Shown: positions 8,483 to 16,601 of the stretch, in pieces
Position numbering within the stretch: the first letter of the stretch is position 1
Layout of the letters: the number at the start of each line of letters is the position of its first letter
Source of the DNA: Candidatus Bruticola sp.
Lineage (GTDB): Bacteria; Vulcanimicrobiota; Xenobia; Xenobiales; Xenobiaceae
Reading direction: 5' to 3'
Assembly (NCBI GenBank): GCA_051874735.1
Contig: JBJEGD010000034.1
Location: 75,814-99,525, forward strand
DNA: 23,712 bases
The notes under the pieces: generated by a model
What the model was told of the DNA's origin: nothing
Seen by the model: only the letters and a program-made list of their open reading frames with translations
Database searches by the model: none
Translations under genes and position numbers: made by a program

Positions 8483-10273
8483 ATCAGTACTGACAGTTAA
8501 CGGTAGCTTGATGGAGACCTGTGTTCCTTTGCCTAGTTCACTAGTAAAAGTCACGCTGCCGTTATGGCGCTTGACAATAGCCTCCGTTATAGGAATACCT
8601 AAACCAGTGCCTCCACTGAGGCGATCTCTACCCATGTCAACTCGATAAAATCGCTTGCCTAAATTAGCTAAATGCTCAGGAGAAATGCCGCAGCCTTCGT
8701 CTGTCACCAAAATTTCTACTTCTTTAGCGCCAATTTTAGTGGAAACTTTAACTTGTTTGTTTTTAGCTGTATGGCGCAATGCATTGTCAATAATATTGCG
8801 AATAGCTCTACTTAAAGCGGAAGCATCACCTAAAATCCAAACATCACGCTCAATTTCAACCTTTATAGGATGATCGAGAACTTTACTTAAAGACGAATCT
8901 ACAGCGTACTGCACTACCTCATTGATACTGACAGGGTCAGAGACTACACGATGTGAGAGTTCTTGGTTGCGCGATAAAATAAGCAAATCCATCACCAAAT
9001 GCTCCATGCGGCTCAGTTCTTTATCCACAGTGAACATAGTACTGCGTACTTTGTCTGGCACTTCCATCTTTTCGAACTCAAGTTTTAAAATATGTACCGC
9101 TCCCATTAAACTAGTAATAGGCGTTTTGAGTTCGTGCGAAGCATCTCCTATGAAACGCTGCTGCTCTAAAAATACTCCCTGCATAGTATCGAGCATATGA
9201 TCTAGAGCATTAGCCATAATATAAATTTCATTGCGTCCTTCTCCCAAGTTCACACGCGCAGTCAAATCACCAACATTTAATTTATTTACTACAGCTACTA
9301 CTTTCTGCATGGGTGCTGAGAGCACTCTGCCTACTAAAACACCAGCGAAAGAGATAACTACGGCTAAAAGTAAGCTGCCTACGGTAAAGATTCTGTTAAC
9401 TAATTTAATAGTCTTATCTGCGTAATTCCACGGTATAGCAGCTTCAACATAGCCCACTAACTTTTCACCTTCTATAACTGGACAGAGCATAATCTGAAAA
9501 TTAGGCGAATCAATGTAAACCAGATTAAAAGGTCCAAAATAGGGAGGAGGCATACGGTTAGTTTTTACTCTTTCCACGCCTTCGCCAGCTAACCACATAA
9601 GCAAATGGTGAGCTAAGCTGTTATTTTTAGGAAGTTTAGGAGGACCGTAGTAGGTGAAACCTGCTTCCTTCAATATTTTATGTGAATAAATAATCGGCTC
9701 TCGGCCTTTATCCAAAATATTATCAGGTTTTATACACGCATTCTTGCTGAAGTTACGCCAATTGTTAGCTAAAAAGTTAAACATGTCGTCGCTGGGCTGA
9801 TGAAACGTATCATTATTGCCGATGTGCTCATCTCTAGAGTAAGCATACACCATTTTTTTATCAGCATTATATATGCGAACATATCTACAGTTGCGCCCAA
9901 TAATTTCGGCCATCTTTTGATAATTATCATTAAAATTAGCGAAACTGAGCGTGCGAAATTTAGGCTTATTAAGCACCGGTTGGCGATCTTTTATATCGTC
10001 TTCATTTTCAAAATCGCGCTTAGAGCTGCGCCAAAAGTCTTCCTCACCTCTAAATTTTTTTAGTTGCTTATCTTTCTCAGCAGCTTTAGCTTGAATTGCA
10101 CCTTGTTGATCATCAGAAAAATAGTAAACAATCGTATATAGAGAGCGAGCTCCCTCATTCCAAAACACATGGTCTACGGTATGACAAATAAAAATCCCGA
10201 AACACAAGACAACCAAGGTTAGAATTGTCACAAATGACAACAAAATTAAAACAGAAAAAGGGAGACGGCGCAT
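8471..10273 (-). CDS. Membrane sensor histidine kinase (2 TM, HAMP, HisKA, HATPase)
   Basis: H-box DASHELKTP, N-box NIIDNALRH, G1 DEGCGI, G2 GGTGLG. Two hydrophobic segments flank a large extracytoplasmic domain. Confidence 0.95.
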   Translation of the reverse strand: MRRLPFSVLILLSFVTILTLVVLCFGIFICHTVDHVFWNEGARSLYTIVYYFSDDQQGAIQAKAAEKDKQLKKFRGEEDFWRSSKRDFENEDDIKDRQPVLNKPKFRTLSFANFNDNYQKMAEIIGRNCRYVRIYNADKKMVYAYSRDEHIGNNDTFHQPSDDMFNFLANNWRNFSKNACIKPDNILDKGREPIIYSHKILKEAGFTYYGPPKLPKNNSLAHHLLMWLAGEGVERVKTNRMPPPYFGPFNLVYIDSPNFQIMLCPVIEGEKLVGYVEAAIPWNYADKTIKLVNRIFTVGSLLLAVVISFAGVLVGRVLSAPMQKVVAVVNKLNVGDLTARVNLGEGRNEIYIMANALDHMLDTMQGVFLEQQRFIGDASHELKTPITSLMGAVHILKLEFEKMEVPDKVRSTMFTVDKELSRMEHLVMDLLILSRNQELSHRVVSDPVSINEVVQYAVDSSLSKVLDHPIKVEIERDVWILGDASALSRAIRNIIDNALRHTAKNKQVKVSTKIGAKEVEILVTDEGCGISPEHLANLGKRFYRVDMGRDRLSGGTGLGIPITEAIVKRHNGSVTFTSELGKGTQVSIKLPLTVSTDLDS

Positions 10274-10291
10274 TATAAATACCTGTAAATT

Positions 10292-10966
10292 TTAACCCAA
10301 AGCATAACCTACACCACGTACAGTGCGCAATAAAGAGCGTTTTTCATCATCAAGCTTGTTACGAAGAGCGCATATATAAACTTCCACAACATTAGTTTCT
10401 AAATCGTCGCTCCATCCCCAAAGCTGCTGTAAAATCTGCTGACGCGTAAACACTTGGCGCGGCTTATTCATAAACATTTCTAAAAGTTCAAATTCGCGCA
10501 AAGTTAAATGCAAGGTACGTCCGCCCTTAGTTACAATATGAGAATCAGGATCGAGAATAATGTCATCGTACTCTAAGAAATTGGATTTTCTTCCCTTACT
10601 GCGGCGCAGCAAAGCTCTGACACGCGCCATAAGCTCAGCAAAATGAAAAGGTTTAGCTAAATAGTCGTCTCCGCCTATATCCAAGCCTTCTACCATATCA
10701 CTGAGCTGATCTTTAGCACTAAGAAAAAGAATAGGCACATCAGCAATACTTCTTATGCTCTTACATACATCTAAACCAGATATATCGGGCAACATTATAT
10801 CTAAAATAACTAAATCAGGATGATTATCTTTGTATTTTTTTAACGCCTCACTGCCAGTTGCCGCCGTAAGCGTTCGATAAGATTCATGATCTAAAGTATA
10901 GGTGACTGATTCACGAATAGCTTCTTCATCATCAACTACTAAAATTAAAGGCTGTTTAACGTTCAT
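10292..10966 (-). CDS. OmpR/PhoB-family response regulator
   Basis: VVDDE, ILDIMLP (phospho-Asp), LSAK, DYLAKPF and winged-helix RTVRGVGY. ATG at 10966 follows GGAGGG; directly upstream of the kinase. Confidence 0.95.
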   Translation of the reverse strand: MNVKQPLILVVDDEEAIRESVTYTLDHESYRTLTAATGSEALKKYKDNHPDLVILDIMLPDISGLDVCKSIRSIADVPILFLSAKDQLSDMVEGLDIGGDDYLAKPFHFAELMARVRALLRRSKGRKSNFLEYDDIILDPDSHIVTKGGRTLHLTLREFELLEMFMNKPRQVFTRQQILQQLWGWSDDLETNVVEVYICALRNKLDDEKRSLLRTVRGVGYALG

Positions 10967-11094
10967 ATTCTCGCCCTCCAAAATAACACGGCAATAACTA
11001 ACATATCATAAAAGAATTTTCTTTATTTTTATCCTCTAAAACTGTAGCGAAGCATAAAAATTAGCTAAAAAAAACATATATTTTGGCTAATAAA

Positions 11095-11129
11095 GATAAA
11101 AAAAGCAGCCTAACAGCTGCTTTTTTATC
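11095..11129 (-). terminator. Intrinsic terminator downstream of thiI (symmetric, could be bidirectional)
   Basis: GATAAAAAAAGCAGC-ctaaca-GCTGCTTTTTTATC inverted repeat with A/T tracts on both sides. Confidence 0.8.
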
Positions 11130-11206
11130 GAAGTACATAGGGCGAATCTTAAGATACGTTTCGTATCCCCTGAAGATCCCAATCATGTATATTTGTAATA
11201 AATTAA

Positions 11207-12457
11207 TTAACTATTTAAATCTAGAGGGCACCCCCACTCGCCTTCCTTATAAACTGGAGTCTGCAGCTGAGTACATTCACCTGCGGTACCATTCCAATTT
11301 AATTCCAAAATTTCAGCTTTCTCTACAGCTTCAGCTTCTAAAGTGCTAAGTTCCATATGCTTTTCCAATTCTAACACTTCACGAAGTCTAGCTTTAGTAC
11401 AAGGATGCTTACTGAGCATGAGAGAGCAGCAATCTTCGTAGGGACGAGCTGAAAGTTCATAAGTGCCAATATTGCGAGCAATTTTGAGAATATCTTCCTT
11501 GTCCGTTCCGACTAAAGGACGCAGCATAGGCATATTGGCTGCCTCGTCGATAACGCGCATATTAGTGAGAGTTTGCGAAGCAACCTGACCCAAACTTTCC
11601 CCAGTAAGCAGCGCCTGAGCGCCTTCCCGTTCTGCCACCAAAGAAGCGATACGCACCATAGAGCGACGATACAAAATCATACGCAGATCAGCTGGAGTCA
11701 TGCTGAGAAGCTCTTCCTGAACTGGAGCAAAGCTTACTAAATACAACTTAGTACGGTACTGGAAGCGTGTCAGAATATTAGCTAGCAAGGTACAATTTTC
11801 CAAACTAGCTTTATTGGTGAAAGGATAGGAGTGAAAATGGCACATGATCACGTCTGCACCACGCTTCATCATTTTCCAACAAGCTACAGGAGAATCAAAA
11901 CCGGAACTGAGCAGACCCACTATTTTGCCAGCGGTTCCTACAGGCAACCCACCAGGCCCCTTAATGCGCTCACCAGACACCAAAACTAATTTATTAACTA
12001 TTTCTAAGCGAATAGTAATATCGGGATCAGTAAGGTTAACCTTTATTTCTCGACCACAATCTTTCGCGCGATCACCTACATATCCACCGACAGCCCTCTC
12101 TACTTCACCAGACCGCATGGGGAAGCTTTTGTCTGGACGACGGCAGCGTACTGCAAAAGTCCGTCCTTCAGCCTCGCAAAAGCACTTCCAGGCAGCCTTT
12201 TTCATTTCTTCCAGATCTTGGGCGACTTCATAAACTAACGCGTAATTGGCTACGCCAAAAACTCCGCTCATGCGATGGCGCACCTCAGCGAAATCCTCTG
12301 AATCTAGTTCAAAAGTAATGCGCCCATACAGGGTACGAACCGAAATTTTGCCCATATCGCGAAAAGTTTTGCGCAAATTACCAACTAAACGTTTGACGAA
12401 TAAATTGCGGTTATTGCCCTTAAGAGCAATTTCATGGTAATGGACGACTATTTGCAT
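11207..12457 (-). CDS. thiI: tRNA 4-thiouridine(8) synthase ThiI (short form, no rhodanese domain)
   Basis: N-terminal EIALKGNNR, THUMP domain, GPGGLPVGT, PP-loop LLSSGFDS, GESLGQVASQT, RPL and EDCC motifs. Confidence 0.95.
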   Translation of the reverse strand: MQIVVHYHEIALKGNNRNLFVKRLVGNLRKTFRDMGKISVRTLYGRITFELDSEDFAEVRHRMSGVFGVANYALVYEVAQDLEEMKKAAWKCFCEAEGRTFAVRCRRPDKSFPMRSGEVERAVGGYVGDRAKDCGREIKVNLTDPDITIRLEIVNKLVLVSGERIKGPGGLPVGTAGKIVGLLSSGFDSPVACWKMMKRGADVIMCHFHSYPFTNKASLENCTLLANILTRFQYRTKLYLVSFAPVQEELLSMTPADLRMILYRRSMVRIASLVAEREGAQALLTGESLGQVASQTLTNMRVIDEAANMPMLRPLVGTDKEDILKIARNIGTYELSARPYEDCCSLMLSKHPCTKARLREVLELEKHMELSTLEAEAVEKAEILELNWNGTAGECTQLQTPVYKEGEWGCPLDLNS

Positions 12458-12568
12458 TGCTTATATTTCACTCAACGAAGCTACTGCAAAAATTTGAGCT
12501 TCAAAAGCTAACTTTACCTCGTATCTATTTTTTATTATTTGATCCGTAATTTTTTTAATACCGGCTGC

Positions 12569-13099
12569 TTAACCTGCTGGTTCTATAGCGAATCCGTTTG
12601 CAGCCAATAAATCGCAAGCTACACCACGCCCGAGGCGTCGCTTCCAATCGGAGCAACCTACACTTCCGCAGCCGCAGGAAGGGCTATGCTGCTTCAGTAT
12701 AATCAGCTCAGGCTGTAGTTCTAAGGCTAATTTCAGTACTTCTTCAGCTCCACGCCTAAAAGCATCTGTCACTTCTTGCCCATCTTTATTAAACACTCTA
12801 CATTCGAATCCGCACACGAACTCACAGGAAGACGAACATTCCAAACCAGCAGCAGCTCTGGGTAGAGACAAACCTCCCTGCAGCTCAGGGCAAATAGGCA
12901 TAACCTGATCTGGAGAAAAACGACGTTGAAGTTCGAGATCAAATTTACTTTGGGCGTCGTAACGACATGGCCATCCTAAAAGACAAGCAGAAACCAAGAT
13001 CTGAGGCTTCTGTTTTAAACTAAGCAGTCGCTTTTGCTCAGCTTTAAGCCTATCCAACCACAAGTTGGCTTGTTCATGAGGCGATAAGCCAGAGTTCAT
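12569..13099 (-). CDS. DUF523 / TudS-family thiouracil desulfidase (predicted 4Fe-4S)
   Basis: VSACLLGxxCRYD, ICPE-x2-GGL-x2-PR and LKxxSPSCG motifs typical of DUF523. Confidence 0.88.
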   Translation of the reverse strand: MNSGLSPHEQANLWLDRLKAEQKRLLSLKQKPQILVSACLLGWPCRYDAQSKFDLELQRRFSPDQVMPICPELQGGLSLPRAAAGLECSSSCEFVCGFECRVFNKDGQEVTDAFRRGAEEVLKLALELQPELIILKQHSPSCGCGSVGCSDWKRRLGRGVACDLLAANGFAIEPAG

Positions 13100-13143
13100 A
13101 AAATAAAACCTTTCCTATGCGCTCAGCTCAACTCAAAAAAACA

Positions 13144-14352
13144 TTATAAAGCACGTCGCACAAACTGATTGTTTGGTCCCTGACTCGCAAAGATGTAAAC
13201 GTAGTTATCTAAAACAGCAATGCTGAACCCTGTACAACCAATCATAGGCTTAAGTTTTACGGCCACTTCCGGATCTGAGAATTTGCCATTTTTTAAGCAA
13301 GAATAGACAATAGACTCGCCATTTTTGCTTAAACTAGCTACATGCAAATTGCCATCCTTGTCCTGACAGGACTCCAAGGCTGCTCCTACAGGTGCTTCAC
13401 CAGCAGCCGGAGGAGCGGCCGCCACTGCCTCCCAACCACCGTTATTCCAACGGCGCACTTGGCGGCGACATTTGTCAGTTTTACTTAAGCGAGGTAAATC
13501 ATAAACTAAAAGCGGATCCTTGCCAAAATTATCGCAAAGAGAAAAATTAAGTCCGAACTTTCCTTTAGCAGCTTTTATATTCTCTTCGTTGGTACCTACC
13601 AAAGGGCGAATATATGAACTAAGTAAGTTCTGACCATCATTCCAAACCGCCACAAAACCGCCCTTAGATTCGCCAGCTAGCTCAATTTTATCGCAGTTAA
13701 TACCCTGACGTCCTAGGTTGCAAGCTCTGGGACGATCGCCCCGATACTGAGGATCGAACAAAGCAGCTTTGACCATATTGTTTTCAGCTGTCCAACCGAA
13801 ACATAAACTAGGCTTGCGTCCCCCTACACCAGCTATATCAATATCGCTGCCTCCTCCGCCTCCAGAAAGCACAAAACTGTCGCATACTGCCGGTTTGGAA
13901 AAACTCCAGCCGTTATCTCCAGAGTAAGAATACAACACTTCAAAAGCATTCTCACTCTGCTCTACAATGTTATGCATGAACAAAATACCCACGCTGTACT
14001 TCGCCGAAGCGGCAGCAGTTTTGCGCACACCAGCTAAATTGGCACCAAAGAAAGGAGCGCTGATCGTTGTCCACTTATTACCAGACTCGAAAACAGAAAA
14101 GCTGAATTCAGGAGCTTTCACCACACTTTTGTTATTCGACCATCCGAAAAACAACTGGAGCCGCTTATAAGCTAAAAGCTGAGGATCAACAACTAGTCCT
14201 CCTCCTGTATCAGGGACATGCATCTGCTGCCATAGGGACGATGCAGCCCAACATTTATCGAGACCATTTCCAGCCAGCCACATTCCTCCGGCTAAAGCCA
14301 AACAAGCCGCACCTGTCAATATTTTTCGCTGAAAAATTTTTCCTAATTTCAC
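13144..14352 (-). CDS. Secreted hypothetical protein, probable beta-propeller with Asp-box
   Basis: Basic N-terminus plus hydrophobic stretch, Asp-box-like SGDNGWSF, repeated short beta-strand-like segments. GTG start with AGGAG upstream. Confidence 0.6.
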   Translation of the reverse strand: MKLGKIFQRKILTGAACLALAGGMWLAGNGLDKCWAASSLWQQMHVPDTGGGLVVDPQLLAYKRLQLFFGWSNNKSVVKAPEFSFSVFESGNKWTTISAPFFGANLAGVRKTAAASAKYSVGILFMHNIVEQSENAFEVLYSYSGDNGWSFSKPAVCDSFVLSGGGGGSDIDIAGVGGRKPSLCFGWTAENNMVKAALFDPQYRGDRPRACNLGRQGINCDKIELAGESKGGFVAVWNDGQNLLSSYIRPLVGTNEENIKAAKGKFGLNFSLCDNFGKDPLLVYDLPRLSKTDKCRRQVRRWNNGGWEAVAAAPPAAGEAPVGAALESCQDKDGNLHVASLSKNGESIVYSCLKNGKFSDPEVAVKLKPMIGCTGFSIAVLDNYVYIFASQGPNNQFVRRAL

Positions 14353-14425
14353 TGCAGCTCATTCTCCTATATTCAGTATATTTCAAAAACTCTCGTTTGT
14401 TTAGTTCAGACCAACTTAGAAAAAG

Positions 14426-15745
14426 TTAAGGTAATACATAAGCGCTGGGGAAAAGAGTCATTAACTCTTTAGCAGAACCAGACATAAAAACTAGCCGATC
14501 AGCTGGATTAAGCCATCTCTTTACCAATTCTGCAGCTCTTAACTCTGAAACTCTCTCTAATTCTTCTAAATAAGCTTTAACATCAAAAATTTCTCCATCT
14601 CTAGAAAGAGAATGGCCAAGTATACGTGCTGTTTCCAAAGGTGATGACCAAGCAGAAAGCAAGTCAGCAGCATGACGCATAACAGCTTCCTCAAAAATAC
14701 TCTTACTTATAGACCCTTGAGCAAAATCAGCTACAATATCTTCGATTATTTTGAAAACCTTGGGAAGCTCTTTTAAATGAGCAGATAAATAAAGTTTAAA
14801 AACCCCCATACCGTCATAAACATTTATAGCTGTACGACAAACATAAGTTAGGCTATTTTTTTCTCGCAATTCTAGATTGAGCAAACTAGAATAGCCAGCT
14901 CCCAGCAAAGCATTGATAACTCGCCAGGTAAGCAGATCATTATAGCTAAAAACGGGAAAACGCCAGCCCATTGACACAAAAACTTGCTCTTGGGCCTCGG
15001 AAGACTTTACAACAACACTTCCATCAGGATAAGACGTTTCTACAAAAAAATTAGCCGGCCTTACCGCCTGACCTTTAGGTGCTTGCTTCCAAAACTTTTT
15101 CACAAACTCAGCAAAATCATTTCCCAGATTGCCACTGCCTACTATGCAAATATTACCGCAATTGTAAAAACGTTGCAGAAAAGATCGCATATAGGCAGAG
15201 TCCATGGGGGCCAAACAACTGTCGTCACCCACAGGATGACGACTCATAGGATTGGGGGCCAAAAGAAGACTTTCGACCGCATGAGATACATAAGGACCAT
15301 AATTGGCTAATTCTCGCTGACGCTCATGAATAATAATTTCACGCTCTGAATCTATGCTGCTTTGTTCCAAAAGAGGCTTAAATAAAACCTGTTCTAAAAG
15401 GTCGAAACCTAGCTCTTCCATACCTCTGGGGACTCTAACCCAATAAGCAGTCAAGTCACGCGTTGAGTACGCAGAGATCTGTCCGCCGATTCCTTCAGCG
15501 CAACGCGATATCTCTCTTAGAGCTGGAAACTTTTCAGTACCGCGCATGACCACATGCTCTAAAAAATGAGAAGCCCCCCAATCCTGCTTATCTTCATAAC
15601 GAACTCCAGCCCGCACAGCAGCAAAAATATAGACAAAAGGAGAGCCATCATTATTGCAAACAACACATTTAGATTCGTTGTTTAAATTAAGGCTTTGAGC
15701 TTTGCGACATTCGGCGAACTCTTTAAAGCTGACTGGTAATTTCAT
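14426..15745 (-). CDS. M16 family zinc peptidase (pitrilysin/insulinase-like)
   Basis: Inverted zinc motif HFLEH + RGT, downstream EREIIIHE, C-domain LREKNSLTY. ATG 15745 follows an AAAGGA RBS. Confidence 0.92.
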   Translation of the reverse strand: MKLPVSFKEFAECRKAQSLNLNNESKCVVCNNDGSPFVYIFAAVRAGVRYEDKQDWGASHFLEHVVMRGTEKFPALREISRCAEGIGGQISAYSTRDLTAYWVRVPRGMEELGFDLLEQVLFKPLLEQSSIDSEREIIIHERQRELANYGPYVSHAVESLLLAPNPMSRHPVGDDSCLAPMDSAYMRSFLQRFYNCGNICIVGSGNLGNDFAEFVKKFWKQAPKGQAVRPANFFVETSYPDGSVVVKSSEAQEQVFVSMGWRFPVFSYNDLLTWRVINALLGAGYSSLLNLELREKNSLTYVCRTAINVYDGMGVFKLYLSAHLKELPKVFKIIEDIVADFAQGSISKSIFEEAVMRHAADLLSAWSSPLETARILGHSLSRDGEIFDVKAYLEELERVSELRAAELVKRWLNPADRLVFMSGSAKELMTLFPSAYVLP

Positions 15746-16117
15746 AAATAAACATCCTTTCGTTTTCAGCATACAGATAAAGTGCCGTTCTAAAGCTATG
15801 CAAAGAATAAAATTTAGCAAACTCAGGCATAAAGCAGTTGTGCAATAACCGATCTAATATAAGTACCATAGTCACACGCCTGGTAGTATCAAAACGTTTG
15901 CCCTATATTGCTCGGCTCAGACGAACACAACTAGCCACACATAGATAAAACAAAGAGACATATATCCGCCCAGCCCCGCTCTCACTAGAATGAGCCGATA
16001 CATTAATATAGGCTAACTAAAGCAAAAAGAATGTCCCTTAAGCAGAAAATACGCGCCTCGAAGCACTTACTCAAACGGTTCCATAAAATTGAGATCTACC
16101 CCATAAACTGACAAAGA

Positions 16118-16167
16118 AAAAGGAAGGACTCTCTTGAGAGGTGTACCTCAACGGGGTTCTTCCTTTT
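16118..16167 (+). terminator. Orphan long hairpin with U-tail in the intergenic gap
   Basis: AAAAGGAAG...CTTCCTTTT outer stem, GACTCT/GGGGTT with G-U pairs that form only on the + strand, and a GAGG-tgta-CCTC cap. Confidence 0.6.
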
Positions 16168-16601
16168 GCTTCGCCCTCAAATACAAATAGACTCTTTTAG
16201 TACCACTCATCGGGCGGAACTAAGCAAACTCCATAAATTTCCTCTGTCGATATACACTCAGAATCTAGATACATATTCCAGAAGTCTTCCCTTATATAAA
16301 TTTGTGCAAAATTTCGCACGTAGACTATCTCCTGCAATTTATTTAAGCAAGAGAAAATCGGCGTACGACAATAGACCGTTAAATATTCGACACATAGTAA
16401 AAAAAATCTTATCGTGCAAAAAATTTTTCTAAATATTAATCATCTATCGAAATAGTCATATTTAAGTAAAATCAACTATTTAAAGATTCGCATCTCAAAA
16501 AAAAGAAAAAATTTCGTTATAAAATTACCGAATAAAATAGCAGTTCAGTAAATAAAGCTATAGCAAAGGAACAGCGCGAGTTTTTCTAGAAGGCGCACCG
16601 C

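Noticed and set aside
15957-15985. tmRNA or tRNA-like start (GGGGCTG on the minus strand)
   Set aside because: No GGATTCGAC-type continuation, no T-arm or CCA end, and no cloverleaf can be formed.
16166-16432. 88 aa ORF in the intergenic gap
   Set aside because: Its TTG start is inside the hairpin U-tail, with no RBS and no recognisable motif; probably a chance ORF, though not fully excluded.
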